This document shows positions 53,986 through 64,000 of a stretch of 64,000 bases of DNA, piece by piece. The translations under genes were made by a program, and so were the position numbers. Source of the stretch: Clostridia bacterium (lineage in GTDB: Bacteria > Bacillota > Clostridia > Oscillospirales > UBA644); assembly GCA_017623595.1 (NCBI GenBank), contig JAGAOU010000039.1:6538-70537 (forward strand), written 5' to 3'. The first letter of the stretch is position 1. Each line of letters begins with the position of its first letter. The notes beneath the pieces were generated by a model. It worked only from the letters and a program-made list of their open reading frames with translations, did not search any database and was not told the origin of the DNA.

Positions 53986-55224
53986 GTGTCTTCCTTCGAT
54001 TCTTCTCTGCAGAAGGATTCCGTTTCGGCTGCGGGTTCTTATTCTGTAAACCGCGCGGTTTCTATCGGGGTTGTCTGCATTTTTTCTTATTTTGTCAGTT
54101 ATTACTCCCGTCAGCTGCTTGGCGTTTCTACGCCGGCCATGACCGAATCGGGATTGTTTACCAAGGACTTTTTGGGACTGATGTCCTCTGTGTATATGGT
54201 CTGCTATGCGGCGGGTCAGTTGGTCAACGGGATTTTCGGCGATATTCTTAACCCGAAAAAAATGGTTGCTTCGGGGCTTTTTGCTTCCGGAGCCCTTTGT
54301 ATGCTCTTTCCCTTTTTGCCCTTTGATTGGCTTCGGGTGATTTGCTTCGGCTGTTTGGGCTTTTCCTTATCTATGCTGAGGGGGCCTTTGGTTAAGATTA
54401 TTTCCGAAAACACTTCCAAAAATCATTCCCGCGTGATTTGTACGTTCTTTTCCTGTGCATCCTTCGCAGGTCCCTTCTTTGCCGGTTTTCTTTCTGTGCT
54501 GTTTGATTGGAAATATACCTTTTTTGTGGCGGGATGCATCACCTTGATCATCGCCGTTACCGCCCTTTCGGTTTTGACCTTCTTTGAACGTAAGGGGTAT
54601 ATTACCTATACAACAGGCAAGCATCAAGGGGTGCGGGGCGTTTTGCAGGTCTTTCGGATCGAAAAGTTTTTCTTTTATATGATTATCGGTGCTGTGGTGG
54701 AAACCTCGATTACCGCCGTTGCCTTTTGGGTTCCCTCTTATCTTGTGGAGCAGTTGGGCTTTTCACCCGAGGCGGCCGCTACCGTTTATGCGGTGATTTT
54801 TTTCTTCAAGGGTATGATGCCCTTTGTGGCGCTGGCTCTCTTCCGCGCCTTGAAGGAGAACGATATTTTCCTTATGCGAGTCTCTTTTTCTCTTTCGGTT
54901 TTGTTTTATGTGGGGGTGATTTTGGTCTCTCATCCTTGGGTCAATGTCCTCCTTCTGGCGTTGGCTCTTATGGCGGTGGGATGCGCCTCTTCGCTACTTT
55001 GGAGTATTTATATCCCGGGTCTCGGCAAAACGGGGAAGGTGTCCAGTATTAACGGAATTCTCGATTGTACGGGATATATCGTCGCTGCTCTTTGCAATGC
55101 GGTGTTCGGTTTTGTGGCTGAATATCTGAACTGGACCGGTGTGGTCCTGCTTTGGGGTTTGATTGCCTCTTTTGGGGTGGTTGCAACCCTCTTTGTGAAA
55201 AAGAAACAGGTAAAACAGATGTAA
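53986..55224 (+). CDS. MFS transporter
   Basis: 12-TM profile. I prefer GTG 53986 (8 nt after RBS AAGGGAG). The ORF-track ATG 53965 is only 13 nt past the -10 element and has no transcribed RBS. Confidence 0.8.
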   Translation: MSSFDSSLQKDSVSAAGSYSVNRAVSIGVVCIFSYFVSYYSRQLLGVSTPAMTESGLFTKDFLGLMSSVYMVCYAAGQLVNGIFGDILNPKKMVASGLFASGALCMLFPFLPFDWLRVICFGCLGFSLSMLRGPLVKIISENTSKNHSRVICTFFSCASFAGPFFAGFLSVLFDWKYTFFVAGCITLIIAVTALSVLTFFERKGYITYTTGKHQGVRGVLQVFRIEKFFFYMIIGAVVETSITAVAFWVPSYLVEQLGFSPEAAATVYAVIFFFKGMMPFVALALFRALKENDIFLMRVSFSLSVLFYVGVILVSHPWVNVLLLALALMAVGCASSLLWSIYIPGLGKTGKVSSINGILDCTGYIVAALCNAVFGFVAEYLNWTGVVLLWGLIASFGVVATLFVKKKQVKQM

Positions 55225-55248
55225 TATTTTTCGTTAGGATGTGATATT

Positions 55249-56361
55249 GTGATTAATAACAAAACAACTCTTCCCCCGAAGAAATTGGATTCCCGGTGCT
55301 ATTTGGTTTATGAGCCACAACAGGAATGGCTCTACAGCCATCATGCATCCATCACTTTTTTTCACGGAAAATTTTATGCTGTATGGTCCAATGGTCACTT
55401 CAATGAGGATGATCTTGGGCAACGGGTAGTTTTGTCCGTGTCTGCGGATGGAGAGCATTGGTCTCCTCTTCGTCCCGTTGTCACCCCTGAAATGCTGGGA
55501 AATCCCGATATGGTTGTAACGGCAGGCGGATTTCACATCCATGAGGATGTGCTGTATCTGTATTACGGAGCCTATTATTATGACCCTTCCACCGTGCCCA
55601 CGGGGGTACGCCCCAAGTCGGGCGCAGTCCACTGTGAGACCGACATGGGTTATATTTCCACCACTGATGGCGAAACCTGGAGTCAGCCTATGAGCCTCTC
55701 CATTCCGTTGGTTCCAAATCATCCTCCGCAAAAGACCGCAAGCAATCGGTTGATTCTTGCGGGAAATGTGATGTTTCCCTATACAGATAACCCCAACGGC
55801 ATCGAAGGTTGGAAGATAACGGGGGTCTACGGTGATGCGTTTCAGACCCTTCCCTTTGTGGATGACTCTGCCGCTATTCGCAAAATAGCCCATGCCCGCG
55901 GTTGGGATGCGGAGCTTCTGTGCGAGGGTTCCTTCTATCAGACCGATGACGGAATTCTTCACATGATGCTACGCAGTAACGGAAGTGTTTTGTGGCATTC
56001 CTTCTCGGAAAACGATGGAGAAACCTGGTCAGAACCGTTGCCCACGGAATTTTCCGATGACGGATCCAAGTTTCATTTCGGACGCCTTCCCGACGGTCGG
56101 TTTTACGGTGTTTGCAACTCGGTGGTAAAAAGCCATCGTTTGCCGCTGGATCTCTACACTTCCACCGATGGCGAAAATTTTGACCGTCGTTTTATCCTGA
56201 GAGACGAGCCCTATCAGCGCCGTTGGGACGGGATTCATAAGGGCGGTCATTACGGGTATCCCCACACTATGCTTCATGAGGGCTATTTGTATGTGATTTA
56301 CAGCAAAATGAAGGAATGTGTGGAAGTGACCAAGGTTTCGCTGGACGAGATCATGAAATAA
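55249..56361 (+). CDS. BNR/Asp-box repeat protein, sialidase-fold glycoside-hydrolase-like, cytoplasmic
   Basis: Four Asp-boxes (SADGEHWS, TTDGETWS, ENDGETWS, STDGENF). No signal peptide. GTG start 9 nt after AGGA. Confidence 0.8.
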   Translation: MINNKTTLPPKKLDSRCYLVYEPQQEWLYSHHASITFFHGKFYAVWSNGHFNEDDLGQRVVLSVSADGEHWSPLRPVVTPEMLGNPDMVVTAGGFHIHEDVLYLYYGAYYYDPSTVPTGVRPKSGAVHCETDMGYISTTDGETWSQPMSLSIPLVPNHPPQKTASNRLILAGNVMFPYTDNPNGIEGWKITGVYGDAFQTLPFVDDSAAIRKIAHARGWDAELLCEGSFYQTDDGILHMMLRSNGSVLWHSFSENDGETWSEPLPTEFSDDGSKFHFGRLPDGRFYGVCNSVVKSHRLPLDLYTSTDGENFDRRFILRDEPYQRRWDGIHKGGHYGYPHTMLHEGYLYVIYSKMKECVEVTKVSLDEIMK

Positions 56362-56367
56362 ACAATG

Positions 56368-56390
56368 CGCACCCCGAACTTCGGGGTGCG
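56368..56390. terminator. Bidirectional terminator hairpin between convergent genes
   Basis: 10-bp stem CGCACCCCGA / TCGGGGTGCG with a 3-nt loop. Confidence 0.65.
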
Positions 56391-56395
56391 TTCTG

Positions 56396-57466
56396 TTATG
56401 CTTCGTTCTTTTTTCGGTTTGTCAGAAGGAACGCCACGCCTACTGCAAAGAGGGCGGCAATCGCCTTCCCGATCAGCACGGCGGGGAGATAGCTCTCCTC
56501 AAAGGAAAGGGTGAATGCAAGGTGGTCGGTCAGCAGAAAAGCCCCCGAAACGGCGAAGGCGGAGTTGATGATCGCCCCTTTTGAGTCCATGTTTTTGATG
56601 TCGCAGAAGGTGGTTGCGCTGGTGGCGAGGGAGGAGAGAATCCCCATGATGGATGTGGGGGGAATATGCTTCGCTTCACTCAGCCGCTTCAGAGGCTTGC
56701 TCAAAAGCTTTGAGATAATATGAAGCAGGGGAAAGGCCCCCGACATGACCACCGCTGCATTGATGACAATCTCGCCTGCTTCCATGAGGGGAGTAATGTT
56801 TTCGATGGGGGTATATCCCGTCAGCAAATGGACAATGCCAACGGCTAAGCCGACGGTAATCAAGGCTTTGATCAGATATCCGATCCCCGTAAAGATCTTG
56901 ACGCACAGATTTGGAACAAAGATCAGCCCCAAGGCAATGATAGCGGAAAAGAGCAGTAGGGGCAGAAGATTGATTATCAGCTTTGTCAGGGAAATGCCGT
57001 AAGCCATTCCCCCTGCAAGACATCCCACAGGGATGGTTACAATGCCGCACAGAAGTCCCAAAAGAACATCTTTTTGTCGTTCTTTTTTTACGGCGGAAAG
57101 TGCGTAAGGAATGGTGAACGATACGGTGCATCCCATCATTGCGCCTGTGATCAGGGCGTTGAACAAGCCGATTTCCGCATCTCGTGCCACTTCTACGGTC
57201 AGGGGCGCACCGCCCATGTCATTGGCAAAGATGGAAGATGTGATAATTGACGGGTCGATAAAATCGGGCAAACTCTGCAGCAGGGGATTCATCAGGTCTG
57301 CAAGAAAGGGGGATATGATAATCATTCCCAGCATGGACAGTGCCAGGGTTCCCAGCATTTCAAAGCCCCGTTCAAAGGCAGCCCCGAGGCCGAATTTGTT
57401 GCCGAAGATACGATCCAGTGCGCCCAAGAGGGCAAAGGAGCACATAATGACCGCCGCTATGTTCAT
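56396..57466 (-). CDS. eutH: EutH-family (ethanolamine-utilisation permease-like) membrane protein
   Basis: MNIAAVIMCSFALLGALDRIFGNKFGLGAAFERGFEMLG... resembles the EutH N-terminus. Polytopic. Start ATG 57466 lies 6 nt after GAGGTG. Confidence 0.75.
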   Translation of the reverse strand: MNIAAVIMCSFALLGALDRIFGNKFGLGAAFERGFEMLGTLALSMLGMIIISPFLADLMNPLLQSLPDFIDPSIITSSIFANDMGGAPLTVEVARDAEIGLFNALITGAMMGCTVSFTIPYALSAVKKERQKDVLLGLLCGIVTIPVGCLAGGMAYGISLTKLIINLLPLLLFSAIIALGLIFVPNLCVKIFTGIGYLIKALITVGLAVGIVHLLTGYTPIENITPLMEAGEIVINAAVVMSGAFPLLHIISKLLSKPLKRLSEAKHIPPTSIMGILSSLATSATTFCDIKNMDSKGAIINSAFAVSGAFLLTDHLAFTLSFEESYLPAVLIGKAIAALFAVGVAFLLTNRKKNEA

Positions 57467-57528
57467 AATGACACCTCGATTGTTGGTGGAAAGAGGAAAA
57501 TCCATCCGAAGATGGATTTCTCCCTGTA

Positions 57529-58341
57529 TTATTTTGCTTTGATTTTTGCTGCGATTTTCTTGATTCCCATGGCCATCAGGAGCATGAGATAAGCTGCCAC
57601 GGTGAACATGACGATATAAATAATCAGACTGAACGGGTAGGGGACATACTCTTGAACGATGGAATAAACGGGGAGGGAAGGATCCTCATAGGGGCTGACA
57701 TAGAACATGTTGAAGGTTTCGCCCCCGGTAAAATCGGTGTAATGGTTCACTTCATTGAGAACAAGGGCAATGCCGAGCACCGAGCAGAACACGGGAATCG
57801 CCTTCAGTATAGTTTTATGCTCCGCTTTCACGTAACCGGTACAGAGCAGATACATGGCCAAGGTGATCATGGATCCGTGGCAATACATGGTTTCAATGTT
57901 GATGCCCACAACGGAGATAAAGACCTGAACGGGATAAAGCATGACGCAGATTCCCGCAAAAAGGGAATATGTAGCCAAAAATGCGCAGAGAGCATCGTGA
58001 ACCTTTCCCTTCTTCACCAAAGCAGCGGCAAGCCCGATAAACATTGGTACGCAACAGAACTGCCAGGGGAAGGCATACCATTGATAATCTGCGTTGATCA
58101 CGTCTCCGTCCACCGAGAAGGTGTAGTTGAACTGCTTGTAAATCTCTGCCAAAATCGACAGAAGGGAGATGACCAAAAGGACACCGCGAACCTGTTTTTC
58201 GGTGCCCGGCTTCAAGAATTTGAACAGTAAAATGCCTGCAATAACCGATGCGGCAAGCCACAGAAGGTGAAACCATCCGTAGGGTTCGGGGGTAATCATC
58301 CTCGTGTCGAGAACTTCGATGAGCGTTCTTAAAAATTCCAT
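57529..58341 (-). CDS. integral membrane protein, possibly YwaF/TIGR02206-like
   Basis: 270 aa with about 7 TM segments. RBS AAAGGAAAA. The family assignment is tentative, resting on a PWQFCCVPMF segment that resembles the PLHLC motif. Confidence 0.65.
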   Translation of the reverse strand: MEFLRTLIEVLDTRMITPEPYGWFHLLWLAASVIAGILLFKFLKPGTEKQVRGVLLVISLLSILAEIYKQFNYTFSVDGDVINADYQWYAFPWQFCCVPMFIGLAAALVKKGKVHDALCAFLATYSLFAGICVMLYPVQVFISVVGINIETMYCHGSMITLAMYLLCTGYVKAEHKTILKAIPVFCSVLGIALVLNEVNHYTDFTGGETFNMFYVSPYEDPSLPVYSIVQEYVPYPFSLIIYIVMFTVAAYLMLLMAMGIKKIAAKIKAK

Positions 58342-58431
58342 GCCGTTTTTCCTTTTCTGTTATTTTTTTCTGTAGTCCTATGATACCAAAAAACTTTTTA
58401 AGAGAAAAGAGGGGAACGCATTAAGGTTTTA

Positions 58432-59343
58432 TTAAGCTTTTTCGGTTTTTTTCCCGAAACGGATTTTCGGCAGGTTCAAAAGAAGAATGGAAACAATGAC
58501 CGTCACCGTTCCGATCCATGCGGTCCAATGCATGGTCTGCCCGCAGGCAACACCGATCAGAATTGCAACGATGGGTTCAATGGCCACCGTAACCGCCGCC
58601 TTGCTTGTGTCCATGCCCGTCAAGCCTTCGGTGTAAAGGGCATAGGGAAGAGCCTCCGTCACGATGCCTAACAGCAACCACATCCCAACGCCGCTCCATC
58701 CGGCAGAAGCGATGCCTTGATATATAGTGCCATAGTCAGCAATGACCAGCAGCGGGATTAACGCCGACAGGAAGGACCATGCGGTTACTGTGATGGCATT
58801 GTAGCCCCGGTTTAGAGCCACGCGGGCAAAAATACTGTACATGGCATATCCGATGCCCGACAGAAGCCCTGCAATCAGCACCGTTGCTGTAATCGTTCCC
58901 GTCCCTTGCAAAATTCCCGAGGCCAAAGCGCATCCGATCACCGTCAGTACAGCGCCGATGACTTTCAGGGGCGTAATCTTGTCCTTGAAGAAGAGGGTGG
59001 AGAAGAGCATGACAAAGACGGGGGAGGTGTAGAGCAAAACAGCCGCCAGCGCATAGGAGCCCGATTCCCGAATTGCAATCATGTAGCAGGTTTGGAACAT
59101 GATAATGCTGGTCAGCCCCGCACCGAGGAAGATCCAAAGATCCTTCATCTTGATTTTCAGCGCCTTCGGATTGCGAATCAGAAGATAGGCGAAAAGAAGT
59201 ACGGTGCCCATGCTCAGGCGAATGGTTACAAGGTCCGTGTTGACAATGCCCAGATCTCCAAAGTATGTATTGAAAAGGCCAATGGTGGCCCAAAGGATGC
59301 CCGACAACAGGACAGCGCCCAGGGCCAAATGCTTGTTTTTCAT
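58432..59343 (-). CDS. EamA/DMT-family transporter
   Basis: 303 aa, 10 TM segments in two EamA-like repeats. Confidence 0.82.
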   Translation of the reverse strand: MKNKHLALGAVLLSGILWATIGLFNTYFGDLGIVNTDLVTIRLSMGTVLLFAYLLIRNPKALKIKMKDLWIFLGAGLTSIIMFQTCYMIAIRESGSYALAAVLLYTSPVFVMLFSTLFFKDKITPLKVIGAVLTVIGCALASGILQGTGTITATVLIAGLLSGIGYAMYSIFARVALNRGYNAITVTAWSFLSALIPLLVIADYGTIYQGIASAGWSGVGMWLLLGIVTEALPYALYTEGLTGMDTSKAAVTVAIEPIVAILIGVACGQTMHWTAWIGTVTVIVSILLLNLPKIRFGKKTEKA

Positions 59344-59409
59344 AATATTGCCTTGTGTGAATCTCCCTCGCTTGTTAGGCGAGGGAGGAATAATGACTGC
59401 TTTTATTAA

Positions 59410-60423
59410 TCAGATGCCGACTGTGTTGGCGATATTGTAGCGGGCAATGTCGAATTCCTTGGTCATTTCCAGGGCTTCCACGATATCAAGATCCACGATC
59501 TTGTTGTCCTTGATAACAACTACGCGATTGGACTTGCCTTCTTTCAGTAGTTCGGTGCAGCGGCAACCCATCTCCGTTGCAATGTAGCGGTCACGGGCGG
59601 TGGGGGAACCACCTCTCTGAATGTGGCCGAGAACCGTTGCGCGGGATTCCACGTCGGTCAGTTCTTCGATCTTCTTGGCCAGTTTTGAGGAACTGGTGAT
59701 GCCCAAACCGGACAGGTATTCATAGTTGGTGTTTTTCTTCACGTCGGCGAAAATGCCTTCGGAGCAGACGATCATGAAGTTCTTCTTGCCCGCTTCTTCT
59801 CCCCGTTTGATCTTTGCTACTACGTCTTCGATGGTGAAGGGAACTTCGGGGACGAGGGTATAGGTGGCTCCTGCGGCAATGCCCACGTCAACGGCAACCC
59901 AGCCCGCATTGCGGCCCATGACTTCGATGACCGAGCATCTGTGGTGGGACATGGAGGTGTCTCTCAGTTTATCAGCGGCTTCCATGGCCACGTTTACTGC
60001 GGTGTCAAAGCCAATGGTGTAGTCACTGCAGGCAATATCATTGTCGATGGTGCCGGGCATGGCCACGGTTGGAATTCCGTGCAGGGACATATCCCGTGCG
60101 CCGCGGAAGGAACCGTCGCCTCCGATGACCACAAGGCCTTCGATGCCGAAATCCTTGCAGGTTTTTACGGCCTTCAGAACGCCTGCCTCTTCCTTGAATT
60201 CAAGACATCTTGCGGTCTGCAGGAAAGTTCCGCCCCGATCCAAGATGTTGGAGACCGAGCGCAGATGCATCTCTTCGATGTCTCCGTCGATCAATCCCTG
60301 ATAACCGTTGCGGATGGCCATAACGGTCATTCCGTTTGCAATTGCGGTGCGTGTGACGGCACGGATCGCATTGTTCATGCCCTGGCTGTCTCCGCCGCTG
60401 GTCAAGATACCGATTCTTTTCAT
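59410..60423 (-). CDS. pfkA: ATP-dependent 6-phosphofructokinase
   Basis: MKRIGILTSGGDSQGMNNAIRAV, GGDGS, PGTIDND, MGR motifs. Confidence 0.95.
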   Translation of the reverse strand: MKRIGILTSGGDSQGMNNAIRAVTRTAIANGMTVMAIRNGYQGLIDGDIEEMHLRSVSNILDRGGTFLQTARCLEFKEEAGVLKAVKTCKDFGIEGLVVIGGDGSFRGARDMSLHGIPTVAMPGTIDNDIACSDYTIGFDTAVNVAMEAADKLRDTSMSHHRCSVIEVMGRNAGWVAVDVGIAAGATYTLVPEVPFTIEDVVAKIKRGEEAGKKNFMIVCSEGIFADVKKNTNYEYLSGLGITSSSKLAKKIEELTDVESRATVLGHIQRGGSPTARDRYIATEMGCRCTELLKEGKSNRVVVIKDNKIVDLDIVEALEMTKEFDIARYNIANTVGI

Positions 60424-60468
60424 AATTCTCTCAATCCCTTTCTCTAATATCTGAATAAAATTATCAGT

Positions 60469-62292
60469 TTATTGAATTTTGCCGAGGATGTCGTAGCTTC
60501 CTTCCAGGAAGGTCTTCAATTCCTCTGCGGTGAACGGTCTCTGATTGAGTACCGCCAGCAGATACAACTGCTTTGCGATGGCTTTTGCATTCTCGGAGTC
60601 TTTGTCTGTCGCCAGCTTTTTCACAATGGGGCTTTCGGTGTTCAGTACCAGGATCTCTTCCAAGGGAAGGTGAACGTCCTTCATACCGTAGATCTGCGCC
60701 ATTTCGTTCATTCTGCGGGATTTTTCCGTGATGTTCAGAATGGCGGGAACCGATCCGTCCTTCAGGGCGGTTTCCTTGACCGTCAGATCCTTTTTGCCCG
60801 AAGCCTCGGTGAAAAGCTCGGAGAGGGAAGAGGCGTCTTCTTCCTTGTCCTCCTTGCGAATCTCGTCGGTGACCGAGTCAATGCGCTGGAATTGAGTGTT
60901 CTGCTCGTTGAGCTCGATGATGTTAATGAACTGGCTGTCGATCAGCTGGTCCAGGACGATGACGGGAATGCCCTGATCCTTGTACAGCTTCACATAGACC
61001 GCCTGCTGGGTCAGATCTGTGGCGTAATAAATTTTGCCCTCCACGGCGCCTTCCAGCTTTTTGTATTCGCTCAGGGTGACAAATTTATCCTCTGTGGTCT
61101 TGAACAGAACAATGTCCTTCATGCGGTCGTAGAACTTTTTGTCCTTAATGCAACCGTATTCCACGAAGATCTTGATGTCATCCCAGAAGGATTCGTATTT
61201 TTCAAGATCGGTGTTGTGCAGTCCCGCCAGCTTGTCGCAAACCTTTTTGACAATGTGGGCGGAGATCTTTTTTACATAATCGCTGTCCTGCAGATAGGAA
61301 CGGGACACGTTAAGGGGCAATTCGGGGCAATCCAGAACGCCCTTCAGCATCAGAAGATATTCGGGAAGAACCTCTTTGATGTTGTCCGATACGAAGACGC
61401 GGTTGTAGAAAAGCTTAACCTCTCCCTCCAGGCTGCGGTATTCGTTACCCAAGCGGGGAAAATAAAGGATTCCTTTGAAATTCAGAGGATAGTCCGCATT
61501 GATGTGAATGTGGAACAGGGGGTCCTGATTATCCCAGAATACCTTGTGGTAAAAGGCGTCATATTCCTCGTCGGTGCATTCGTTGGGCATTTTCTGCCAC
61601 AGGGGCTCCACATCGTTGATGGGGGTTGGAGCTTTTGGCTCTTCCCCTTCTTTTACCTCTTCGGGTGCGGCGCATTCGTCGGTGAAGAAGACGGGGAAGG
61701 ACAAAAATCCGCAGTATTTTGTCAGGATTTCCTTCAGTTTGTCCCCTTCCAGGAATTCCTTTTCTTCCTCTGTGACGTGGAGGGTAATTTTTGTGCCGCG
61801 GGCTTGTCTATCGCTGTCGGACATCTCAAACTCGCCCTCTTCGTTGCAGACCCAATGAACGGCGGGTGCGTCGGAGTAGGATTTTGTGTCGATTTCCACT
61901 TGATCCGCCACCATGAAGGAGGAGTAAAAGCCGAGACCGAAGTGGCCGATAATGCCGTCTGCGGAGGCGTTTTCGTATTTCTGAATGAAATCCAAGGCAC
62001 CCGAAAGTGCGATCTGATTGATATATTGCTTGACCTCGGCCTCGGTCATGCCGATGCCGTTGTCTTCTACGGTGATGGTTTTTTCGTCTTTGTTTACCTT
62101 GACATCGATGCGATAATCGCCTTCGATGCCCGAGGCTTGCCCCACGGCAACAAGGTGCTTCAGCTTTGTTTCCGCATCGGCGGCGTTGGAAACGATTTCC
62201 CGCAGGAAGATTTCCTTATCCGAATAAAGCCAACGCTTGATGATGGGAAAAATATGCTCGGTCTGTACCGAAATTCCGCCCTTTTCACTCAT
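60469..62292 (-). CDS. htpG: molecular chaperone HtpG (Hsp90)
   Basis: YSDKEIFLREIVSNAADA (GHKL N-terminal motif), GHFGLGFYS. 607 aa. RBS AAAGGAGAA. Confidence 0.95.
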   Translation of the reverse strand: MSEKGGISVQTEHIFPIIKRWLYSDKEIFLREIVSNAADAETKLKHLVAVGQASGIEGDYRIDVKVNKDEKTITVEDNGIGMTEAEVKQYINQIALSGALDFIQKYENASADGIIGHFGLGFYSSFMVADQVEIDTKSYSDAPAVHWVCNEEGEFEMSDSDRQARGTKITLHVTEEEKEFLEGDKLKEILTKYCGFLSFPVFFTDECAAPEEVKEGEEPKAPTPINDVEPLWQKMPNECTDEEYDAFYHKVFWDNQDPLFHIHINADYPLNFKGILYFPRLGNEYRSLEGEVKLFYNRVFVSDNIKEVLPEYLLMLKGVLDCPELPLNVSRSYLQDSDYVKKISAHIVKKVCDKLAGLHNTDLEKYESFWDDIKIFVEYGCIKDKKFYDRMKDIVLFKTTEDKFVTLSEYKKLEGAVEGKIYYATDLTQQAVYVKLYKDQGIPVIVLDQLIDSQFINIIELNEQNTQFQRIDSVTDEIRKEDKEEDASSLSELFTEASGKKDLTVKETALKDGSVPAILNITEKSRRMNEMAQIYGMKDVHLPLEEILVLNTESPIVKKLATDKDSENAKAIAKQLYLLAVLNQRPFTAEELKTFLEGSYDILGKIQ

Positions 62293-62350
62293 GATTTGGT
62301 TCTCCTTTGCTCGTGTAAGGGGTAATATAGAGTTAAATTACTCACAGAAT

Positions 62351-62379
62351 ATTATATACCACTTTCGCATCTTTGTCAA
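62351..62379 (-). promoter_or_regulatory. SigA-type promoter of htpG
   Basis: -35 TTGACA (62379..62374), 17-bp spacer, -10 TATAAT (62356..62351). I see no CIRCE element. Confidence 0.6.
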
Positions 62380-62430
62380 GGGAAAAGGGAAAAATTGCGT
62401 AAAATGTAAGATATTTTTTTCATCCCATAC

Positions 62431-62459
62431 TTGAAATTCCGTGTAAAATATGGTATCAT
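62431..62459 (+). promoter_or_regulatory. SigA-type promoter of glpK
   Basis: -35 TTGAAA (62431..62436), 17-bp spacer, extended -10 TGgTATCAT (-10 at 62454..62459). Confidence 0.55.
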
Positions 62460-62485
62460 GAAAGAAAAAAACAGAGGGTCGACTT

Positions 62486-63973
62486 ATGAACGAAAAACGC
62501 TATATTCTTGCTTTGGATCAGGGAACCACCTCCTCCCGCAGTATTATTTTTGACAGCGACGGATCCATGAAGGGGATTGCGCAGATGGAATTCCCGCAGA
62601 TCTATCCTCAGCCCGGTTGGGTGGAGCATGATCCCAAGGAGATCTGGTATTCTCAGTACGAAACGGCGAAGCAGGCCATTCAGAATGCGGAGATCAACCC
62701 CTCGCAGATTGCCGCCATCGGAATTACAAATCAGCGGGAAACCACTATTTTGTGGGACAAGCAAACGGGGGAGCCGGTCTTTAATGCCATTGTGTGGCAA
62801 TGCCGTCGTACTTCTGATTTTTGCGCCGCATTGGCCTCCGATCCCGCAGTGTCATCCATGATCACCGAGAAAACGGGGCTCAAGCCCGATGCGTACTTCT
62901 CTGCAACCAAGATCCGCTGGATTCTCGATCACGTTCCAGGCGTCCGTGAGCGGGCGGAGCGGGGCGAGATTCTCTTCGGCACAGTGGATTGTTACCTGCT
63001 TTGGCAGCTGACGGGAGTGCATGCCACCGACACAACAAATGCGTCCCGTACTCTGCTTTACAATATCCATACTATGGACTGGGATGAAGACCTGCTTGAT
63101 CTCTTCGCAATTCCCCGTTCCATTCTGCCCGAGGTGAAGCCTTCTATTGGCTTTTTCGGCAATGCCAAAATTGAATTGTTTGGCTGTCAGATTCCTGTTT
63201 CGGGCATTGCGGGGGATCAGCATGCCGCCCTCTTCGGTCAGGCCTGCTTTGGAGAAGGAGATGCAAAAAACACCTACGGGACCGGTTGTTTTCTGATGCT
63301 GAATACGGGCTCGAATCCCGTAACCTCCAAAAACGGCCTTGTTACCACTGTGGCTTGGAGCCGTGGAGACAAAGTGACCTATGCATTGGAGGGAAGTGTC
63401 TTTATCGGCGGTGCCGTTCTGCAATGGCTTCGGGATGAACTGAAGATCATTACCTCTGCCCCCGAAGCTGATATTATCGCCGCTTCCGCAGACAACGGTG
63501 GGGTCTATGTGGTGCCTGCCTTTACGGGGTTGGGCGCTCCTTATTGGGATATGTACGCTCGCGGTACCATTACGGGGCTGACCCGCGGAACCTCCCGAGC
63601 AAATATTATTCGTGCCGCCTTGGAGAGCATTGCTTTTCAGACCAACGATCTTCTCACCGCTATGCAGGAGGACACGGGCGTTCCCTTTACGGTTCTGAAG
63701 GTGGACGGCGGCGCTTCCCGAAGTGATGTGATTCTGCAACTGCAGGCCGACCTTCTGAAGGCCTCGGTGGATCGTCCCGTCAACACCGAAACCACGGCTC
63801 AAGGGGCCGCCTTTATGGCAGGTCTCGGCGTGGGGCTTTGGAAGGACGAGGCCGAAATCGCCGCCATGCGTCGCTCTGCAAAAACTTTTGCCCCCAATAT
63901 GGACGATGCCGCCCGTACCGCCCTTCTCAACGGTTGGAAAACGGCCATCGGACAAACGCTTTATAAAGGTTAA
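62486..63973 (+). CDS. glpK: glycerol kinase
   Basis: [42 protein letters not shown] (FGGY kinase motifs). Confidence 0.95.
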   Translation: MNEKRYILALDQGTTSSRSIIFDSDGSMKGIAQMEFPQIYPQPGWVEHDPKEIWYSQYETAKQAIQNAEINPSQIAAIGITNQRETTILWDKQTGEPVFNAIVWQCRRTSDFCAALASDPAVSSMITEKTGLKPDAYFSATKIRWILDHVPGVRERAERGEILFGTVDCYLLWQLTGVHATDTTNASRTLLYNIHTMDWDEDLLDLFAIPRSILPEVKPSIGFFGNAKIELFGCQIPVSGIAGDQHAALFGQACFGEGDAKNTYGTGCFLMLNTGSNPVTSKNGLVTTVAWSRGDKVTYALEGSVFIGGAVLQWLRDELKIITSAPEADIIAASADNGGVYVVPAFTGLGAPYWDMYARGTITGLTRGTSRANIIRAALESIAFQTNDLLTAMQEDTGVPFTVLKVDGGASRSDVILQLQADLLKASVDRPVNTETTAQGAAFMAGLGVGLWKDEAEIAAMRRSAKTFAPNMDDAARTALLNGWKTAIGQTLYKG

Positions 63974-64000
63974 AAGAGAGCAGATGAGCCGCACCTTTTT

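Noticed and set aside
62293-62380. Heat-shock operator (CIRCE or CtsR box) upstream of htpG
   Set aside because: There is no TTAGCACTC-N9-GAGTGCTAA-like inverted repeat and no GGTCAAA tandem repeat. Only a consensus SigA promoter is visible.

Overview
This is a 64-kb chromosomal window from a moderately GC-rich Firmicute. Gene content suggests a Clostridia/Oscillospirales-type anaerobe: class III RNR, T-box and L-box leaders, DUF421/DUF4363, DUF512-der-plsY, type-2 IleRS and near-consensus SigA promoters. I call 54 protein-coding genes. I found no rRNA or tRNA genes, no CRISPR array, and no transposase, integrase or phage genes. Housekeeping blocks are pyrH-frr-uppS-cdsA-dxr-rseP-ispG (30.7-37.0 kb, minus strand), yceD-rpmF, DUF512-der-plsY, rpsO-pnp, ileS, pepF, ackA, galK, pfkA, htpG and glpK. 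Cis-regulatory elements readable from the sequence are an Ile T-box leader before ileS, a lysine riboswitch before an NhaC-family transporter, tandem NrdR boxes before nrdG-nrdD-trxB, about 18 near-consensus promoters and many intrinsic terminators. ORF-track coordinates include the stop codon and take the longest ATG/GTG/TTG start, so I trimmed several starts using RBS and promoter positions. The loci most worth a second look are: (1) an operon of three SPFH/band-7 paralogues plus an atypical P1B-type ATPase with no metal-binding domain (2.5-8.4 kb); (2) two tandem QueG/RdhA-like Fe-S paralogues placed divergently from an AraC regulator, MFS transporter and GH2 hydrolase (24.5-30.6 kb); (3) an NrdD with a C-terminal CPNC redoxin domain, followed directly by trxB, all behind NrdR boxes; (4) a compact three-hairpin GC-rich intergenic element at 30.6-30.7 kb. 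All functional calls rest on motif recognition by eye. No database search was run.
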